This document shows positions 8,132 through 18,431 of a stretch of DNA of 64,000 bases, one piece after another (position 1 is the stretch's first letter; each line of letters begins with the position of its first letter). The stretch covers positions 6,124-70,123 of the forward strand of contig CAZYQX010000014.1 in the NCBI GenBank assembly GCA_964649985.1, written 5' to 3'. A model generated the notes under the pieces. It saw only the letters and a list, made by a program, of their open reading frames with translations, was not told the origin of the DNA and did no database searches. Origin of the DNA: an uncultured Pseudomonadales bacterium (lineage in GTDB: Bacteria; Pseudomonadota; Gammaproteobacteria; Pseudomonadales; CAZYQX01). The position numbers and the translations under genes were made by a program.

Positions 8132-9712
8132 ATGGCAGAACAGAATTTGGCGTTGACCTTGCCCACCTTGGTGGAGAAGGCCGCTACATTGCATGGAGAG
8201 CGCATTGCCGTTTCAGACGGTGCGCAGCAGGTGAGCTATAGCGAACTCGACCGCCTTCGGCTGCAGGCGGCAAAAGCCTTTCTGGCGGCGGGCCTGAAGC
8301 ACGGCGACCGCATCGCCATCTGGGCACCCAACCAGCTGGAGTGGATACTGGCGGCCATCGGCGCCCAGACCATCGGCGGTGTGGTGGTGCCCCTGAATAC
8401 CCGCATGAAGGGCAGCGAGGCCGGTTTCGTGCTGGGCCGCAGTGGTGCCAGCATGCTGTTTACCGTGTCGGGCTTCCTCAAGTTGGACTACCCGGTGCTG
8501 TTGAAGAATGAACAATTGCCGGCGCTGGCGCGCACCGTGATGCTGGCGGGGCAAAGTGAGGTGGCGGGCACCCAGTCCTGGGCCGATTTCCTCGCCCTGG
8601 GTGCTGCCGTGAGCGATGCCGAGGTGGCCGCGCGTGCGGCGGCGGTGCAGCCGGATGATGTGATGGACCTGCTGTTCACCTCGGGCACCACCGGCCGGCC
8701 CAAGGGCGTGATGTCCAGCCACCGGCAGAACATCCAGGCCTTCCGCTCCTGGGGCGAGACCGTCGGCCTCAATCAGGACGATGTGTACCTGATCATCAAC
8801 CCGTTCTTCCATTCCTTCGGCTACAAGGCCGGCTGGCTGGCGGCCATCATCCAGGGCTGCAAGCTGATCCCGGTGCAGACCTTCGATCTGGATGGCACCC
8901 TGGAGACCATCCAGCGCGAGCGCGTCACCATGCTGCCCGGGCCGCCGACCATCTATCAATCGCTGCTGGCACACCCCAACCGCGGTGCCTATGACCTCTC
9001 CAGCCTGCGCCTGGCGGTGACCGGCGCGGCGGCGGTGCCGGTGGAGCTGGTCAAGCGTATCACCAGCGATCTGGGCTTCCAGAGCGTGGTGACCGCCTAC
9101 GGCCTGACCGAATCCTCCGGGGTGGTGACCATCTGCCGCCCGGATGATGATCCGGAAACCATCGCCACCACCGCCGGCCGCGCCATTCCCGGCGTGGAGG
9201 TCAAGTGCGTGGACCCGCAGGGCGCCACCGTACCCCCCGGCGAGGCCGGCGAGGTGTGGGTGCGCGGCTTCAACGTGATGAAGGGTTACTTCGAGGACGA
9301 AGCCGAAACCGCCAAGGCCATCGACGCCGAGGGCTGGCTGCACACCGGCGATGTGGGTGTGATGGATGCGCGCGGCTATCTGCGCATCACCGATCGCATC
9401 AAGGATCTGTTCATCGTCGGCGGCTTCAACGTCTACCCGGCGGAGCTGGAAAACGCCATGTCCACCATCCCCGGGGTGGTGCAGGTGGCGGTGATCGGCA
9501 TTCCCGACGAGCGCATGGGCGAGGTGGCCATGGCCTGGATCGTCAAGGCCGCCGGCAGTGAGCTGACCGAGCAGCAGGTGATCGACTGGTGCCGCGAGCA
9601 CATGTCCAACTACAAGGTGCCGCGCCTGGTGCGCTTCCTGGACGCGATGCCGCTGAACGCCTCCGGCAAGATCACCAAGCCCGCCCTGCGGGAGATGGTG
9701 GCGGCCAAATAA
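8132..9712 (+). CDS. AMP-forming acyl-CoA synthetase, FadD3-like (candidate HIP-CoA ligase)
   Basis: AMP-binding motifs LLFTSGTTGRPKGV, TAYGLTE, GEVWVRG, GWLHTGDVG, PLNASGKITK. The ATG at 8132 (MAEQNLALTLPT..) is preferred over the Arg/Cys-rich upstream extension from 7991. The HIP-CoA ligase role is inferred from cluster context. Confidence 0.75.
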   Translation: MAEQNLALTLPTLVEKAATLHGERIAVSDGAQQVSYSELDRLRLQAAKAFLAAGLKHGDRIAIWAPNQLEWILAAIGAQTIGGVVVPLNTRMKGSEAGFVLGRSGASMLFTVSGFLKLDYPVLLKNEQLPALARTVMLAGQSEVAGTQSWADFLALGAAVSDAEVAARAAAVQPDDVMDLLFTSGTTGRPKGVMSSHRQNIQAFRSWGETVGLNQDDVYLIINPFFHSFGYKAGWLAAIIQGCKLIPVQTFDLDGTLETIQRERVTMLPGPPTIYQSLLAHPNRGAYDLSSLRLAVTGAAAVPVELVKRITSDLGFQSVVTAYGLTESSGVVTICRPDDDPETIATTAGRAIPGVEVKCVDPQGATVPPGEAGEVWVRGFNVMKGYFEDEAETAKAIDAEGWLHTGDVGVMDARGYLRITDRIKDLFIVGGFNVYPAELENAMSTIPGVVQVAVIGIPDERMGEVAMAWIVKAAGSELTEQQVIDWCREHMSNYKVPRLVRFLDAMPLNASGKITKPALREMVAAK

Positions 9713-9876
9713 GCGGCCTGCACCATTCTGGAGTGCCCGAGCCGGCCAGCCCTTGTGGGGCTGGCCACTTCAGCGCCTGACAGCGGGGGGCGGTTTCGGG
9801 TAGAATTATGCGTTTGTCCGCGCCCGTGTCTGGAATAGGGTGCGCCTGTCACTGAAACCGTATTAGAGGAGCCTGC

Positions 9877-10752
9877 ATGAACAAGCTCATGAGCGCGCAA
9901 CAGGTCGTCAGCCAACTGCGCGACGGCATGACCATCGGTATTGGCGGCTGGGGTCCGCGCCGCAAGCCCATGGCACTGATCCGCGAAATTCTGCGCTCCG
10001 ATCTGAAAGATCTGACCGTGGTTGCCTACGGTGGCGCCGATGTCGGCATGCTGTGCGCGGCAGGCAAGGTCAAGAAGGTGGTATTCGCCTTCGTATCCCT
10101 CGACTTCATCCCGCTCGAGCCCTATTTCCGCAAGGCCCGCGAGGCCGGTGAGCTGGAAACCATGGAAGTCGACGAAGGCATGTTCCTGCTGGGCCTGAAG
10201 GCCGCCGCCATGCGCGTGCCCTTCATCCCCACCCGCATCGGCCTGGGCACCGACGTGCTGAAGTACAACCCCGAGATCAAGGTGGTTGACTCCCCTTACG
10301 ACGACAAAGCCTGGGTCGCCATGCCCGCCATCCAGCTGGACGCGGCCCTGCTGCACGTTGACCGCGCCGACAGCCGCGGCGTGTGCCAGGTGAAAGGCCC
10401 CGACCTGTACATGGACGACCTGTTCGCCCGCGCCGCCGACCGCACCTTCGTCACCTGTGACGAGCTGGTCGATACCGAATTCTTCGCCCAGGGTGAAGAA
10501 GCGCGTTACGTGTTCTGGGAGCGCAGCGAAACCAGCGGTGTGGTGCACATCCCCGGTGGGGCGCACCCCACCTCCTGCTCGCCACTGTACGGCTTCGACA
10601 CCAAGCACTTTGCCGAGTACGCCGGCAGCGTGAAGGAAGAGGGCGGCTGGCAGGGCTATGTGGACAAATACGTTGCCTGCTCCGAGGAGGAGTACCAGGC
10701 GAAAGTGGGCGGCCTCGAAGCCATCCGCAAGCTGCCGATGCCGGTGTTTTGA
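9877..10752 (+). CDS. CoA-transferase family subunit A (IpdA/ScdL1-like)
   Basis: 291 aa. DGMTIGIGGWG and the class-I CoA-transferase alpha pattern, paired with the following beta-like subunit. Confidence 0.75.
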   Translation: MNKLMSAQQVVSQLRDGMTIGIGGWGPRRKPMALIREILRSDLKDLTVVAYGGADVGMLCAAGKVKKVVFAFVSLDFIPLEPYFRKAREAGELETMEVDEGMFLLGLKAAAMRVPFIPTRIGLGTDVLKYNPEIKVVDSPYDDKAWVAMPAIQLDAALLHVDRADSRGVCQVKGPDLYMDDLFARAADRTFVTCDELVDTEFFAQGEEARYVFWERSETSGVVHIPGGAHPTSCSPLYGFDTKHFAEYAGSVKEEGGWQGYVDKYVACSEEEYQAKVGGLEAIRKLPMPVF

Positions 10753-10790
10753 TACCGCGCTGACCTCCACGAGCTAACGAATTCAGGATT

Positions 10791-11603
10791 GTGACCATGA
10801 GTACTCCGGCAACCGAATACACCCTGGCCGAGCTGATGATCTGCGCTGGCGCGCAGGCTTGGGCCTACGACGGCGAAGTGCTGGCCACCGGCATCGGCGT
10901 GATCCCGCGCCTGGCGGCCTCCCTCTGCATGCTGACCATCAACCAGGATCTGATGATGACCGACTCCGAGGCCTGGCTGGTCTCCGAGCCCGTGCCCATC
11001 GGCCCGCGTGGCGACTACCAGATCAAGCGCGAGACCTGGATGGGCTTCTCCCGCATCTTCGACAACGTGTGGGGCGGCAAGCGCCACGCCATGATCGGCC
11101 CCACCCAGGTGGATCGCTGGGGCGCGGCCAACATCTCCTGCGTGGGCGGCACCTACCAGAAGCCTAAAGTGCAGATGCTCGGCGTGCGCGGCCTGCCCGG
11201 CAACTCCATCAACCACGCCAACTCCTTCTTCGTGCCCGGGCACAACAAGAAGGTGTTCGTGGAAGGCGAGTGCGACATGGTCGCCTCCATCGGCTACAAC
11301 CCCGAGCGCCTGCCCAAGGGTTACACCCAGGACGACGTGGACATCCGCTGGATCCTCACCGATCTGTGCATCCTGGAATTCCGCGGCCCCAACAAGCAGT
11401 GCAGCATTCGCTCCCTGCACCCCGGTGTGACCGTGGAAGACGTGGTGGAAAACACCGGCTTCCCGCTGCACATCCCGGCCAACATCCCCACCACGCCTGC
11501 CCCCACCGTGGAGCAGTTGGAGCTGCTGGCCAAGCTTGACCCGCACAACCTGCGCGCCAAGCAGCTGAAGGACAACCCGCCCGGCGTGCGGGTCAAGCAG
11601 TAA
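10791..11603 (+). CDS. CoA-transferase family subunit B (IpdB/ScdL2-like)
   Basis: 270 aa, adjacent to subunit A. Ketoacid-CoA-transferase beta-like N-terminus (YTLAELMICAGAQAW...VLATGIGVIPRLAA). Confidence 0.7.
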   Translation: MTMSTPATEYTLAELMICAGAQAWAYDGEVLATGIGVIPRLAASLCMLTINQDLMMTDSEAWLVSEPVPIGPRGDYQIKRETWMGFSRIFDNVWGGKRHAMIGPTQVDRWGAANISCVGGTYQKPKVQMLGVRGLPGNSINHANSFFVPGHNKKVFVEGECDMVASIGYNPERLPKGYTQDDVDIRWILTDLCILEFRGPNKQCSIRSLHPGVTVEDVVENTGFPLHIPANIPTTPAPTVEQLELLAKLDPHNLRAKQLKDNPPGVRVKQ

Positions 11604-11649
11604 GTCTGTGTCGGTTGGGCGATGGCGCAGAGGCCCTGCGGCCCGTCCA

Positions 11650-11681
11650 TCGCCACCCCGGCCCTCCCCGAGGGGGAGGGC
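11650..11681 (+). repeat. REP-like hairpin element (PEGEG family), weak copy
   Basis: gccaccccggCCCTCCCCGAGGGGGAGGG, intercistronic between the ipdB-like and ipdC-like genes. Confidence 0.5.
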
Positions 11682-11746
11682 GCCGGGCCGCAATGCCCTC
11701 TGGGTGATGCGCGCCCGCAGCCGCAAACCATCTGATTGAGGCCCCG

Positions 11747-12823
11747 ATGTCCAACATCCTCAACACCCGTATCACCGAAATGCTGGGCTGCCAGTATCCG
11801 ATCATCCAGACCGCCATGGGCTGGGTGGCTGATCCCCGCTTGGTGGCGGGCACCTGCAACGCCGGTGGCTTTGGCTTCCTGGCCGGTGCCACCATTCCGC
11901 CGGACCAGATGGAAGCGGCGATCCTGCAGACCAAGCAGCTCACCGACAAGCCCTTCGGCGTCAACTTCCACATGTACCAGAACAATGCGCCACAGATCGT
12001 GGACATGGTGGTGCGCCACGGCGTGCGCGCGGTGAGCTACTCCCGCTCGCCGGGCAAGGACATGGTGAAGAAGCTGAAGGATGCGGGCGTGATCTGCATT
12101 CCCACCATCGGCTTGCCCAAGCACGCCGCCAAGGCGATCGAGATGGGCGCCGATGCGGTGACCATCCAGGGCGGTGAGGGCGGCGGCCACACCGGCGCGG
12201 TGCCCACCACGCTGCTGGTGCCGCAGGTGATCGACGCGGTGGCCGGCAAGGTGCCAGTGTTGGCGGCGGGCGGTTTCAAGGACGGTCGTGGCCTGGTGGC
12301 GGCGATGGCCTGGGGCGCCGATGGCATCGCCATGGGCACCCGCTTCCTGCTGACCCAGGAATCGCCGGTGCCGGCCGAGACCAAGCAGCGCTACCTGGCC
12401 TGCAAGAACCCGGCGGACATCATCGTCTCCAAGGCGTTGGATGGCCTGCCCCAGCGCATGATCACCAACGAGTTCCTGGGCGCCATCGAGAAGGCCGGCC
12501 CGATCGGCCGCCTGCTGATCGCCGCCCAGAGTGGCCTGCGCTACATGAAGTTGTCTGGCGCCAGCCCGGTGGAGTTGTTCAAAGCCGCCGGCGAGATGGT
12601 CAAAAACGACGGCCTCACCTGGTCCCAGGCGCTGTTCTCGGCCAATGCGCCGATGATCATCCAGAAGGCCATGGTGGATGGTCGCCCGGCCGAGGGCGTG
12701 CTGCCGTCCGGCCAGGTCGCGGGCACCATCGACGACCTGCCCACCTGCGCCGAGTTGATCCAGCGTATCGTGAGCGAGGCGGAAGATCGCCTGCGTTTCC
12801 TGGCGGCCAAGGTCAACCCGTAA
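11747..12823 (+). CDS. Nitronate monooxygenase-family FMN enoyl reductase (IpdC/ScdK-like)
   Basis: 358 aa. NMO/2-nitropropane-dioxygenase signature QYPIIQTAMGWV, IQGGEGGGHTG, AAGGFKDGRG. Confidence 0.8.
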   Translation: MSNILNTRITEMLGCQYPIIQTAMGWVADPRLVAGTCNAGGFGFLAGATIPPDQMEAAILQTKQLTDKPFGVNFHMYQNNAPQIVDMVVRHGVRAVSYSRSPGKDMVKKLKDAGVICIPTIGLPKHAAKAIEMGADAVTIQGGEGGGHTGAVPTTLLVPQVIDAVAGKVPVLAAGGFKDGRGLVAAMAWGADGIAMGTRFLLTQESPVPAETKQRYLACKNPADIIVSKALDGLPQRMITNEFLGAIEKAGPIGRLLIAAQSGLRYMKLSGASPVELFKAAGEMVKNDGLTWSQALFSANAPMIIQKAMVDGRPAEGVLPSGQVAGTIDDLPTCAELIQRIVSEAEDRLRFLAAKVNP

Positions 12824-12826
12824 TCG

Positions 12827-12870
12827 AACACCACCCCCTCCCCAGCCCTCCCCCTGAAGGGGAGGGGGTG
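12827..12870 (+). repeat. REP-like hairpin element (PEGEG family), forward copy
   Basis: aacaccaccccctccccagCCCTCCCCCTGAAGGGGAGGGGGtgaat. It forms an inverted doublet with the copy at 12938-12974. Confidence 0.8.
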
Positions 12871-12937
12871 AATCGCTGCATACCGCGAGGTGCTGCGTTT
12901 GTGACCTGAGGGTCTCAAACAGGGCACTGATCTGCAG

Positions 12938-12974
12938 CCCACCCCTCAGGGGGCGGGCAGGGTGGGGGTGGTTT
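12938..12974 (-). repeat. REP-like hairpin element (PEGEG family), reverse copy
   Basis: cccacccctcagggggcgggcagggtgggggtggttt, which is the reverse complement of AAACCACCCCCACCCTGCCCGCCCCCTGAGGGGTGGG. Confidence 0.8.
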
Positions 12975-13016
12975 AACTTGCCAGGCACCGAGTGTCGGCT
13001 CCAGAGGATTGAGAAC

Positions 13017-13769
13017 ATGTCACAGCCCTTCAACACCACCATCAACGACGGCATTGCCGAGCTGATCTTCAACAAGCCGCCGGTCAACGCCTTCAGCTCC
13101 GCCGGCTGGGCCGCCATCGCCAAGGAAATTGAAGACCTGGGTAACAACGACGCGGTGCGCGTGATCATCATCGCCGCCGAGGGCCGTGGTTTCTGCGCCG
13201 GTGTGGACATCAAGGAACTGGCCGCCGACGGCAGCCTGATCACCAAGGTGAACAAGGGCAACTACGACACCTTCAAGGCCATCCACCTGAACTCCAAGCC
13301 GGTGATCGTGGCGGTGCACGGCTTCGTGCTGGGCGGCGGCATCGGCATCAGCGGCGCGGCCGACATCATCATCGCCTCCGAGTGCGCCACCTTCGCGGTG
13401 CCCGAGGTGGATCGCGGTGCCATGGGCGGCGGCGCTCACCTGCAGCGCATGTTCCCGGTGCAGAAAGTGCGCTACATGTACTTCACCGGCGAGGCCATCG
13501 ACGCCCAGGAAGCCTACCGCCTGGGCGCGGTCGAGCGCGTGGTGAAGCGCGAGGAGCTGCTGCCCACCGCCCGCGCCATCGCCGCCAAGATCGCCGAGAA
13601 GAGCCCGGTGATGATCGCCCTGGCCAAGGAAGCCCTGACCGGCATCGAAGACGGCAACCTGGAAGACAAGTACCGCTGGGAGCAGGGCTTCACCCTGCAG
13701 GCCTACAGCGACAAGGACTCCCAGGAAGCCCGCGACGCCTTCGTCGAGAAGCGCGAAGCCAAGTTCTGA
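13017..13769 (+). CDS. Enoyl-CoA hydratase/isomerase family protein (EchA20-like)
   Basis: Crotonase motifs AEGRGFCAGVDIKEL and AVHGFVLGGGIGISGAADIIIAS. The ATG at 13017 has an upstream agagga RBS. Confidence 0.85.
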   Translation: MSQPFNTTINDGIAELIFNKPPVNAFSSAGWAAIAKEIEDLGNNDAVRVIIIAAEGRGFCAGVDIKELAADGSLITKVNKGNYDTFKAIHLNSKPVIVAVHGFVLGGGIGISGAADIIIASECATFAVPEVDRGAMGGGAHLQRMFPVQKVRYMYFTGEAIDAQEAYRLGAVERVVKREELLPTARAIAAKIAEKSPVMIALAKEALTGIEDGNLEDKYRWEQGFTLQAYSDKDSQEARDAFVEKREAKF

Positions 13770-13853
13770 TTGGGCATTGACTAGTTGATTGTGCCCCCGC
13801 GCGGCGGGGGCGGTTCCGCCGGGGCCACCGGCGTACGAGCAAGGGTTTGAACG

Positions 13854-15017
13854 ATGGATCTCGCATTTACCGACAAGCAGAAGGCCTTCCGCGCCGAAAT
13901 CCGCGAGTGGCTGGCCAACAACGTGCCCGCCGAGCCGCTGAAGACCTTCGACACCGCCGAGGGCTTCCAGCAGCACCGCGAGTGGGAAGCCAAGCTGAAC
14001 CAGGGCCGCTGGGGCATGGTGACCTGGCCGAGCGAGCTGGGCGGCCGCGACGCCGACCTGATCGAATGGCTGATCTTCGAGGAAGAGTACTACCGCGCCG
14101 GTGCCCCGCTGCGGGTGAACCAGAACGGCATCTTCCTGCTCGGCCCCACCCTGATGGAGTACGGCACCGAAGAGCAGAAGGCGCGCATTCTGCCCAAGAT
14201 GGCCTCCTGTGAAGACGCCTGGGCCCAGGGCTGGTCCGAGCCGGGTGCCGGTTCCGACATGGCGGCGATCCGCTCCAAGGCCGAGCTGGACGGCGAGTAC
14301 TACGTGATCAACGGCCAGAAGACCTGGTCCACCCGCGCGGTGTTCGCGGACTGGTGCTTCGGCATGTTCCGCACCGATCCCGAGTCCAAGCGCCACCACG
14401 GCCTGACGTTCATCCTGGTGCCGCTGAACACCCCCGGCATCACCGTGCGTCCGATCCCCCAGCTGGACGGCCTGCCCGGCTTCGCCGAGATCTTCTTCGA
14501 CAACGTGCGCGTGCACGTGTCCAACCGTCTGGGCGGTGAGGGCGAGGGCTGGAAAGTGGCCATGGCCACCGCTGGCTTCGAGCGCGGCCTGATGCTGCGC
14601 TCGCCTGCGCGCTTCCAGGAAACCGCCCGCCGCCTGGTCAACCTGTACAAGGAAAACCAGGCCTCCGCCGATCGCGACCCCTCCGTGCGCGACGCGGTGC
14701 TGAAGGCGTGGATGGACGCCGAGGCCTACTGCCTGACCACCTATCAGACCGCCTGCCGCCTGATCAACGGTGGCCACATCGGCGCCGAGGCCTCCACCAA
14801 CAAGATCTTCTGGTCCGAGCTGGATCAGCGCATGCACGAGACTGCCATGAGCATTCTCGGCGCCCGCGCCGAGCTGCTGCCCCACGCGCCAGACGCCCAG
14901 GGCGTCGGCACCTGGCTGGACGGCTTCCTGTTCGCCCAGTCCGGCCCCATCTACGCCGGTACCAACGAAATTCAGCGCAACATCATCGCCGAGCGCATGC
15001 TCGGTATGCCGCGCTAA
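13854..15017 (+). CDS. Acyl-CoA dehydrogenase (class with ..IYAGTNEIQRNIIAE C-terminus)
   Basis: 387 aa. ACAD N-terminal, middle and C-terminal domains (WAQGWSEPGAGSD, INGQKTWST, IYAGTNEIQRNIIAERMLG). Confidence 0.85.
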   Translation: MDLAFTDKQKAFRAEIREWLANNVPAEPLKTFDTAEGFQQHREWEAKLNQGRWGMVTWPSELGGRDADLIEWLIFEEEYYRAGAPLRVNQNGIFLLGPTLMEYGTEEQKARILPKMASCEDAWAQGWSEPGAGSDMAAIRSKAELDGEYYVINGQKTWSTRAVFADWCFGMFRTDPESKRHHGLTFILVPLNTPGITVRPIPQLDGLPGFAEIFFDNVRVHVSNRLGGEGEGWKVAMATAGFERGLMLRSPARFQETARRLVNLYKENQASADRDPSVRDAVLKAWMDAEAYCLTTYQTACRLINGGHIGAEASTNKIFWSELDQRMHETAMSILGARAELLPHAPDAQGVGTWLDGFLFAQSGPIYAGTNEIQRNIIAERMLGMPR

Positions 15018-15038
15018 CCGTACGCCTGGGAGACGATC

Positions 15039-16079
15039 ATGGATTTCACCTTTACCGAAGACCAGGAACTGTTCCGCGATAGCGCCCGCGAGTTTCTGGT
15101 GAACGAAGTCACCGCCGAGAAGACCCGCGAGCTGTGGGAGACCGAGACCGGCCGCAGCCCCGAGCTGTGGGGCCAACTGGCCGAGCTGGGCCTGACCGCC
15201 ATCACCGTGCCTGAAGAGCACGGCGGTCTTGGCATGAACGAGCTGGACATGGTGCTGATCGCCATGGAGTGCGGCTATGTGGCCCTGCCCGAGCCGCTGC
15301 TGGACACCGTACTGGTGGCCGCGCCCATGCTGGCGCAACTGCCGATCGGCGCCGAGTGGCTGCCGAAGATCGCCAGTGGCGAAGCCAAGGTGGCCGTGGG
15401 CCACGGCATCAACCCCTTCGTGGCCGATGCCCACGTGGCCGACCTCCTGCTGATGCAGTACGGCGACGAAGTGCACGCCCTGACCCAGGATCAGGTCAAG
15501 CTGACCCGCAATGAGTCGGTGGACCCCTCGCGCCGCATCTTCCGCGTGGAGTGGACCCCGTCCAACGCCACCCGCGTCGCCAGTGACGCTCAGGCCCTGT
15601 GGAACCAGGCGCTGAACCGCGCCGCCCTGGCCTGTGCCGCGCAGAGCCTGGGTGCCGCCCAGCGCATGATCGACATCTCCGTGCAGTACACCAGCGAGCG
15701 CCACCAGTTTGGCAAGCCGATTGGCTCCTTCCAGGCGGTGAAGCACCACATGGCGAACATCGCCTACAAACTGGAGTACGCCAAGGCCCCGCTGTACCGC
15801 GCCGCCTATGCCCTGGCCCACGGCCAGGCCATCGCCGACGTAGCAGTGAGCCACGCCAAGATCGCCGCCTCCGAAGTGGGCCAGATCGCCGCCAAGAACG
15901 GCATTCAGGTGCACGGCGCGATGGGCTACACCTGGGAAGTGGACCTGCACATCTTCATGAAGCGCGCCTGGACCCTGGACAGCACCTGGGGCGACCGCGC
16001 CTTCCATAAGCAGCGCGTGGCCGAATTTGTACTGGCCGACAACGCGCCAATTGGTGCAGGCTTTACCTTCGCGGCTTGA
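15039..16079 (+). CDS. Acyl-CoA dehydrogenase-family partner subunit (shorter; GYTWEVDLH class)
   Basis: 346 aa, 21 nt downstream of the previous ACAD. C-terminus VHGAMGYTWEVDLHIFMKRAW. Confidence 0.8.
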   Translation: MDFTFTEDQELFRDSAREFLVNEVTAEKTRELWETETGRSPELWGQLAELGLTAITVPEEHGGLGMNELDMVLIAMECGYVALPEPLLDTVLVAAPMLAQLPIGAEWLPKIASGEAKVAVGHGINPFVADAHVADLLLMQYGDEVHALTQDQVKLTRNESVDPSRRIFRVEWTPSNATRVASDAQALWNQALNRAALACAAQSLGAAQRMIDISVQYTSERHQFGKPIGSFQAVKHHMANIAYKLEYAKAPLYRAAYALAHGQAIADVAVSHAKIAASEVGQIAAKNGIQVHGAMGYTWEVDLHIFMKRAWTLDSTWGDRAFHKQRVAEFVLADNAPIGAGFTFAA

Positions 16080-16103
16080 TCCCCGGTGCGGATATCCCCG
16101 CCG

Positions 16104-16140
16104 CCGCCCCCTCGGGGGTGGGCCAGAGCGGGGCTGGTTT
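16104..16140 (-). repeat. REP-like hairpin element (PEGEG family), diverged reverse copy
   Basis: ccgccccctcgggggtgggccagagcggggctggttt, which is the reverse complement of AAACCAGCCCCGCTCTGGCCCACCCCCGAGGGGGCGG. Confidence 0.55.
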
Positions 16141-16187
16141 TTCCCGGGGCGGAATGAGGTTCCGCTCCACTTTGAGAGGCTTGAATC

Positions 16188-17336
16188 ATGGCTGAAGCTT
16201 ATATCGTCGACGCGCTGCGTTCGCCCACCGGTCGCCGCAAGGGTGGCCTGGCCCATGTGCACGGTGCCGACCTCGGCGCCCACGTGCTGAAGGCGCTGGT
16301 GGAGCGCAACGGCATTCCCGACAACGAATACGACGATGTGATCTTCGGCTGCGTGGACACCATCGGGCCGTTGGCCGGTGACATCGCGCGCACCTGCTGG
16401 CTGGCCGCTGGCCTGTCCCAGGAAGTGCCGGGCACCACCATCGATCGCCAGTGTGGTTCCTCCCAGCAGGCGGTGCACTTTGCCGCCCAGGCCATCATGT
16501 CCGGCACCATGGACGTGGTGGTGGCCGGTGGCGTGCAGACCATGACCCAGATTCCCATCTCCTCGGCCATGACCGCCGCCGAGCCGCTGGGCTTCAAAGA
16601 CCCCTTCTCCGGCTCCAAAGGCTGGGTGGCCCGCTACGGCGCGACCCCACCGACCCAGTTCAACTCCGCCCAGATGATCGCCGACAAGTGGGGCCTGAGC
16701 CGCCAGGATCTGGAGATCTTCTCGCTGGAGTCGCACAACCGCGCCCTGCGCGCCATCGCCGAAGGCCGCTTCAAGCGTGAGATCGTGCCGCTGGAAGGCG
16801 TGGAGCACGACGAAACCCCGCGCCAGAGCTCGCTGGAGAAAATGGCCCAGCTGGAAGGTATCTTCGGTTGCGACAAAGTCACTGCCGGTGTCGCTAGCCA
16901 GACCTGCGACGCCTCCAGCGCCATGCTGATCGTGTCCGAGGCCGCCCTGAAGCGCTACAACCTGACCCCGCGCGCCCGCATCCACCACATGAGCGTGCGC
17001 GCCGAAGACCCGATCTGGATGCTCACCGCGCCGATCCCGGCGACGCGTTACGCCCTGAAAAAAGCCGGCATGAGCATGCAGGACATCGACTTGGTCGAAA
17101 TCAACGAAGCCTTCGCTTCCGTGGCCATGGCCTGGTTGAAGGAAATGGACTACCCGCACGAGAAGACCAACGTCAACGGCGGCGCCATCGCCCTGGGCCA
17201 CCCACTGGGTGCCACCGGCACCAAGCTGATGACCACCCTGTTGCACGAACTGGAGCGCACCGGTGGTCGCTACGGCCTGCAGACCATGTGTGAAGGTGGT
17301 GGGCAGGCGAATGTGACCATTATCGAGCGCTTGTAA
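16188..17336 (+). CDS. Acetyl-CoA C-acyltransferase (thiolase, FadA6-like)
   Basis: 382 aa. Nucleophile region [27 protein letters not shown], and C-terminal CEGGGQA. Confidence 0.9.
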   Translation: MAEAYIVDALRSPTGRRKGGLAHVHGADLGAHVLKALVERNGIPDNEYDDVIFGCVDTIGPLAGDIARTCWLAAGLSQEVPGTTIDRQCGSSQQAVHFAAQAIMSGTMDVVVAGGVQTMTQIPISSAMTAAEPLGFKDPFSGSKGWVARYGATPPTQFNSAQMIADKWGLSRQDLEIFSLESHNRALRAIAEGRFKREIVPLEGVEHDETPRQSSLEKMAQLEGIFGCDKVTAGVASQTCDASSAMLIVSEAALKRYNLTPRARIHHMSVRAEDPIWMLTAPIPATRYALKKAGMSMQDIDLVEINEAFASVAMAWLKEMDYPHEKTNVNGGAIALGHPLGATGTKLMTTLLHELERTGGRYGLQTMCEGGGQANVTIIERL

Positions 17337-17432
17337 GCCTCGGGACGATCTCGGTGAGCAGCCAAGTGCCGGCATGCCTCCCATGAGGGAGTCATGCCCA
17401 AACGAATTCAACGCATTTTGAGGAGAGCAACA

Positions 17433-18320
17433 ATGGCAGGTATCTGTGACGGTCGCGTAGTCATCATCACCGGCGCCGGTGGCGGTCTGGGCGCTGCCCA
17501 CGCGCGCACCTTCGCCGCCGAAGGCGCGTCCGTGGTGGTCAACGACATCAACCTGGCCGCCGCCCAGAAAGTGGTGGACGAGATCGTCGCGGCCGGTGGC
17601 AAGGCCGTGGCCAACAGCTCCGACATCACCAACTACGCCGACAGCGAAAACGCCGTCAAGCAGGCCATCGAAACCTTCGGCGACTTGCACGTGGTAGTGA
17701 ACAACGCCGGCATCAACCGCGACCGCATGTTCGCCTCCATGACCGAGGCCGAGTGGGATGCCATCATGGCGGTGCACCTGAAGGGCCACTTCTGCATCTC
17801 TTCCCACGCCGTGCACTACTGGCGCGACCAGGCCAAGGCTGGCAAGCAGGTGGATGCACGCATCATCAACACCACCTCCGGCGCGGGCCTGCAGGGCTCC
17901 ATTGGCCAGTCCAACTACGCCGCCGCCAAGGCCGGCATCGCCGCGCTGACCCTGAACCAGGCCGCCGAGCTGGGCCGCTACGGCATCACCGCCAATGCCA
18001 TCGCCCCGGCCGCCCGCACCGGCATGACCACCGCGGTTGAGTCCATGGCCACCCGCATGGCCGCGCCCACCGACGGCAGCTTCGACTACTGGGCGCCGGA
18101 GAACGTCTCCTCCCTGCTGGTATGGCTGGGCTCCGCCCAGGCCGCTCACGTCACCGGTCGCGTTTTCGAGTCAGAAGGTGGCAAAATCTCCATCGCCGAT
18201 GGCTGGCGCAGCACCGAGGGCGTGGACAAAGGCGCCCGCTGGGAGCCGGCCGAAGTGGGCGAGGCGGTCAAGCAACTGCTGGCCAAGGAAGTACCAGCGC
18301 AGAAGGTGTACGGCACCTGA
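17433..18320 (+). CDS. Short-chain dehydrogenase/reductase (SDR)
   Basis: ITGAGGGLGAAHA (TGxxxGxG), NNAG, and catalytic YAAAKAG (YxxxK). ATG at 17433 after a gaggag RBS. Confidence 0.85.
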   Translation: MAGICDGRVVIITGAGGGLGAAHARTFAAEGASVVVNDINLAAAQKVVDEIVAAGGKAVANSSDITNYADSENAVKQAIETFGDLHVVVNNAGINRDRMFASMTEAEWDAIMAVHLKGHFCISSHAVHYWRDQAKAGKQVDARIINTTSGAGLQGSIGQSNYAAAKAGIAALTLNQAAELGRYGITANAIAPAARTGMTTAVESMATRMAAPTDGSFDYWAPENVSSLLVWLGSAQAAHVTGRVFESEGGKISIADGWRSTEGVDKGARWEPAEVGEAVKQLLAKEVPAQKVYGT

Positions 18321-18332
18321 TTGCCTGGCAAT

Positions 18333-18372
18333 AAACCATCCCCGCGCCAGCACTTCCCTTGAAGGGGAGGGC
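18333..18372 (+). repeat. REP-like hairpin element (PEGEG family), diverged forward copy
   Basis: aaaccatccccgcgccagcaCTTCCCTTGAAGGGGAGGG, immediately upstream of the DUF559 pseudogene. Confidence 0.55.
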
Positions 18373-18431
18373 ATTGCCCTCGGCGAGTCATGCACGTGAG
18401 TGACGGGGGATGAGATACGGATGATACGCTG

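Noticed and set aside
13020-18149. A 1709-aa minus-strand ORF spanning five genes and their spacers.
   Set aside because: Its translation is Gly/Ala/His/Arg-rich junk with no domain pattern. It lies antisense to five well-supported plus-strand genes (starts 13017, 13854, 15039, 16188, 17433) that all happen to share one reading frame, so the stop-poor antisense frame of high-GC coding DNA runs on uninterrupted. The same explanation applies to 18919-21171 (750 aa), 11321-13261 (646 aa), 8213-9601, 9610-10770 and the other long antisense ORFs.
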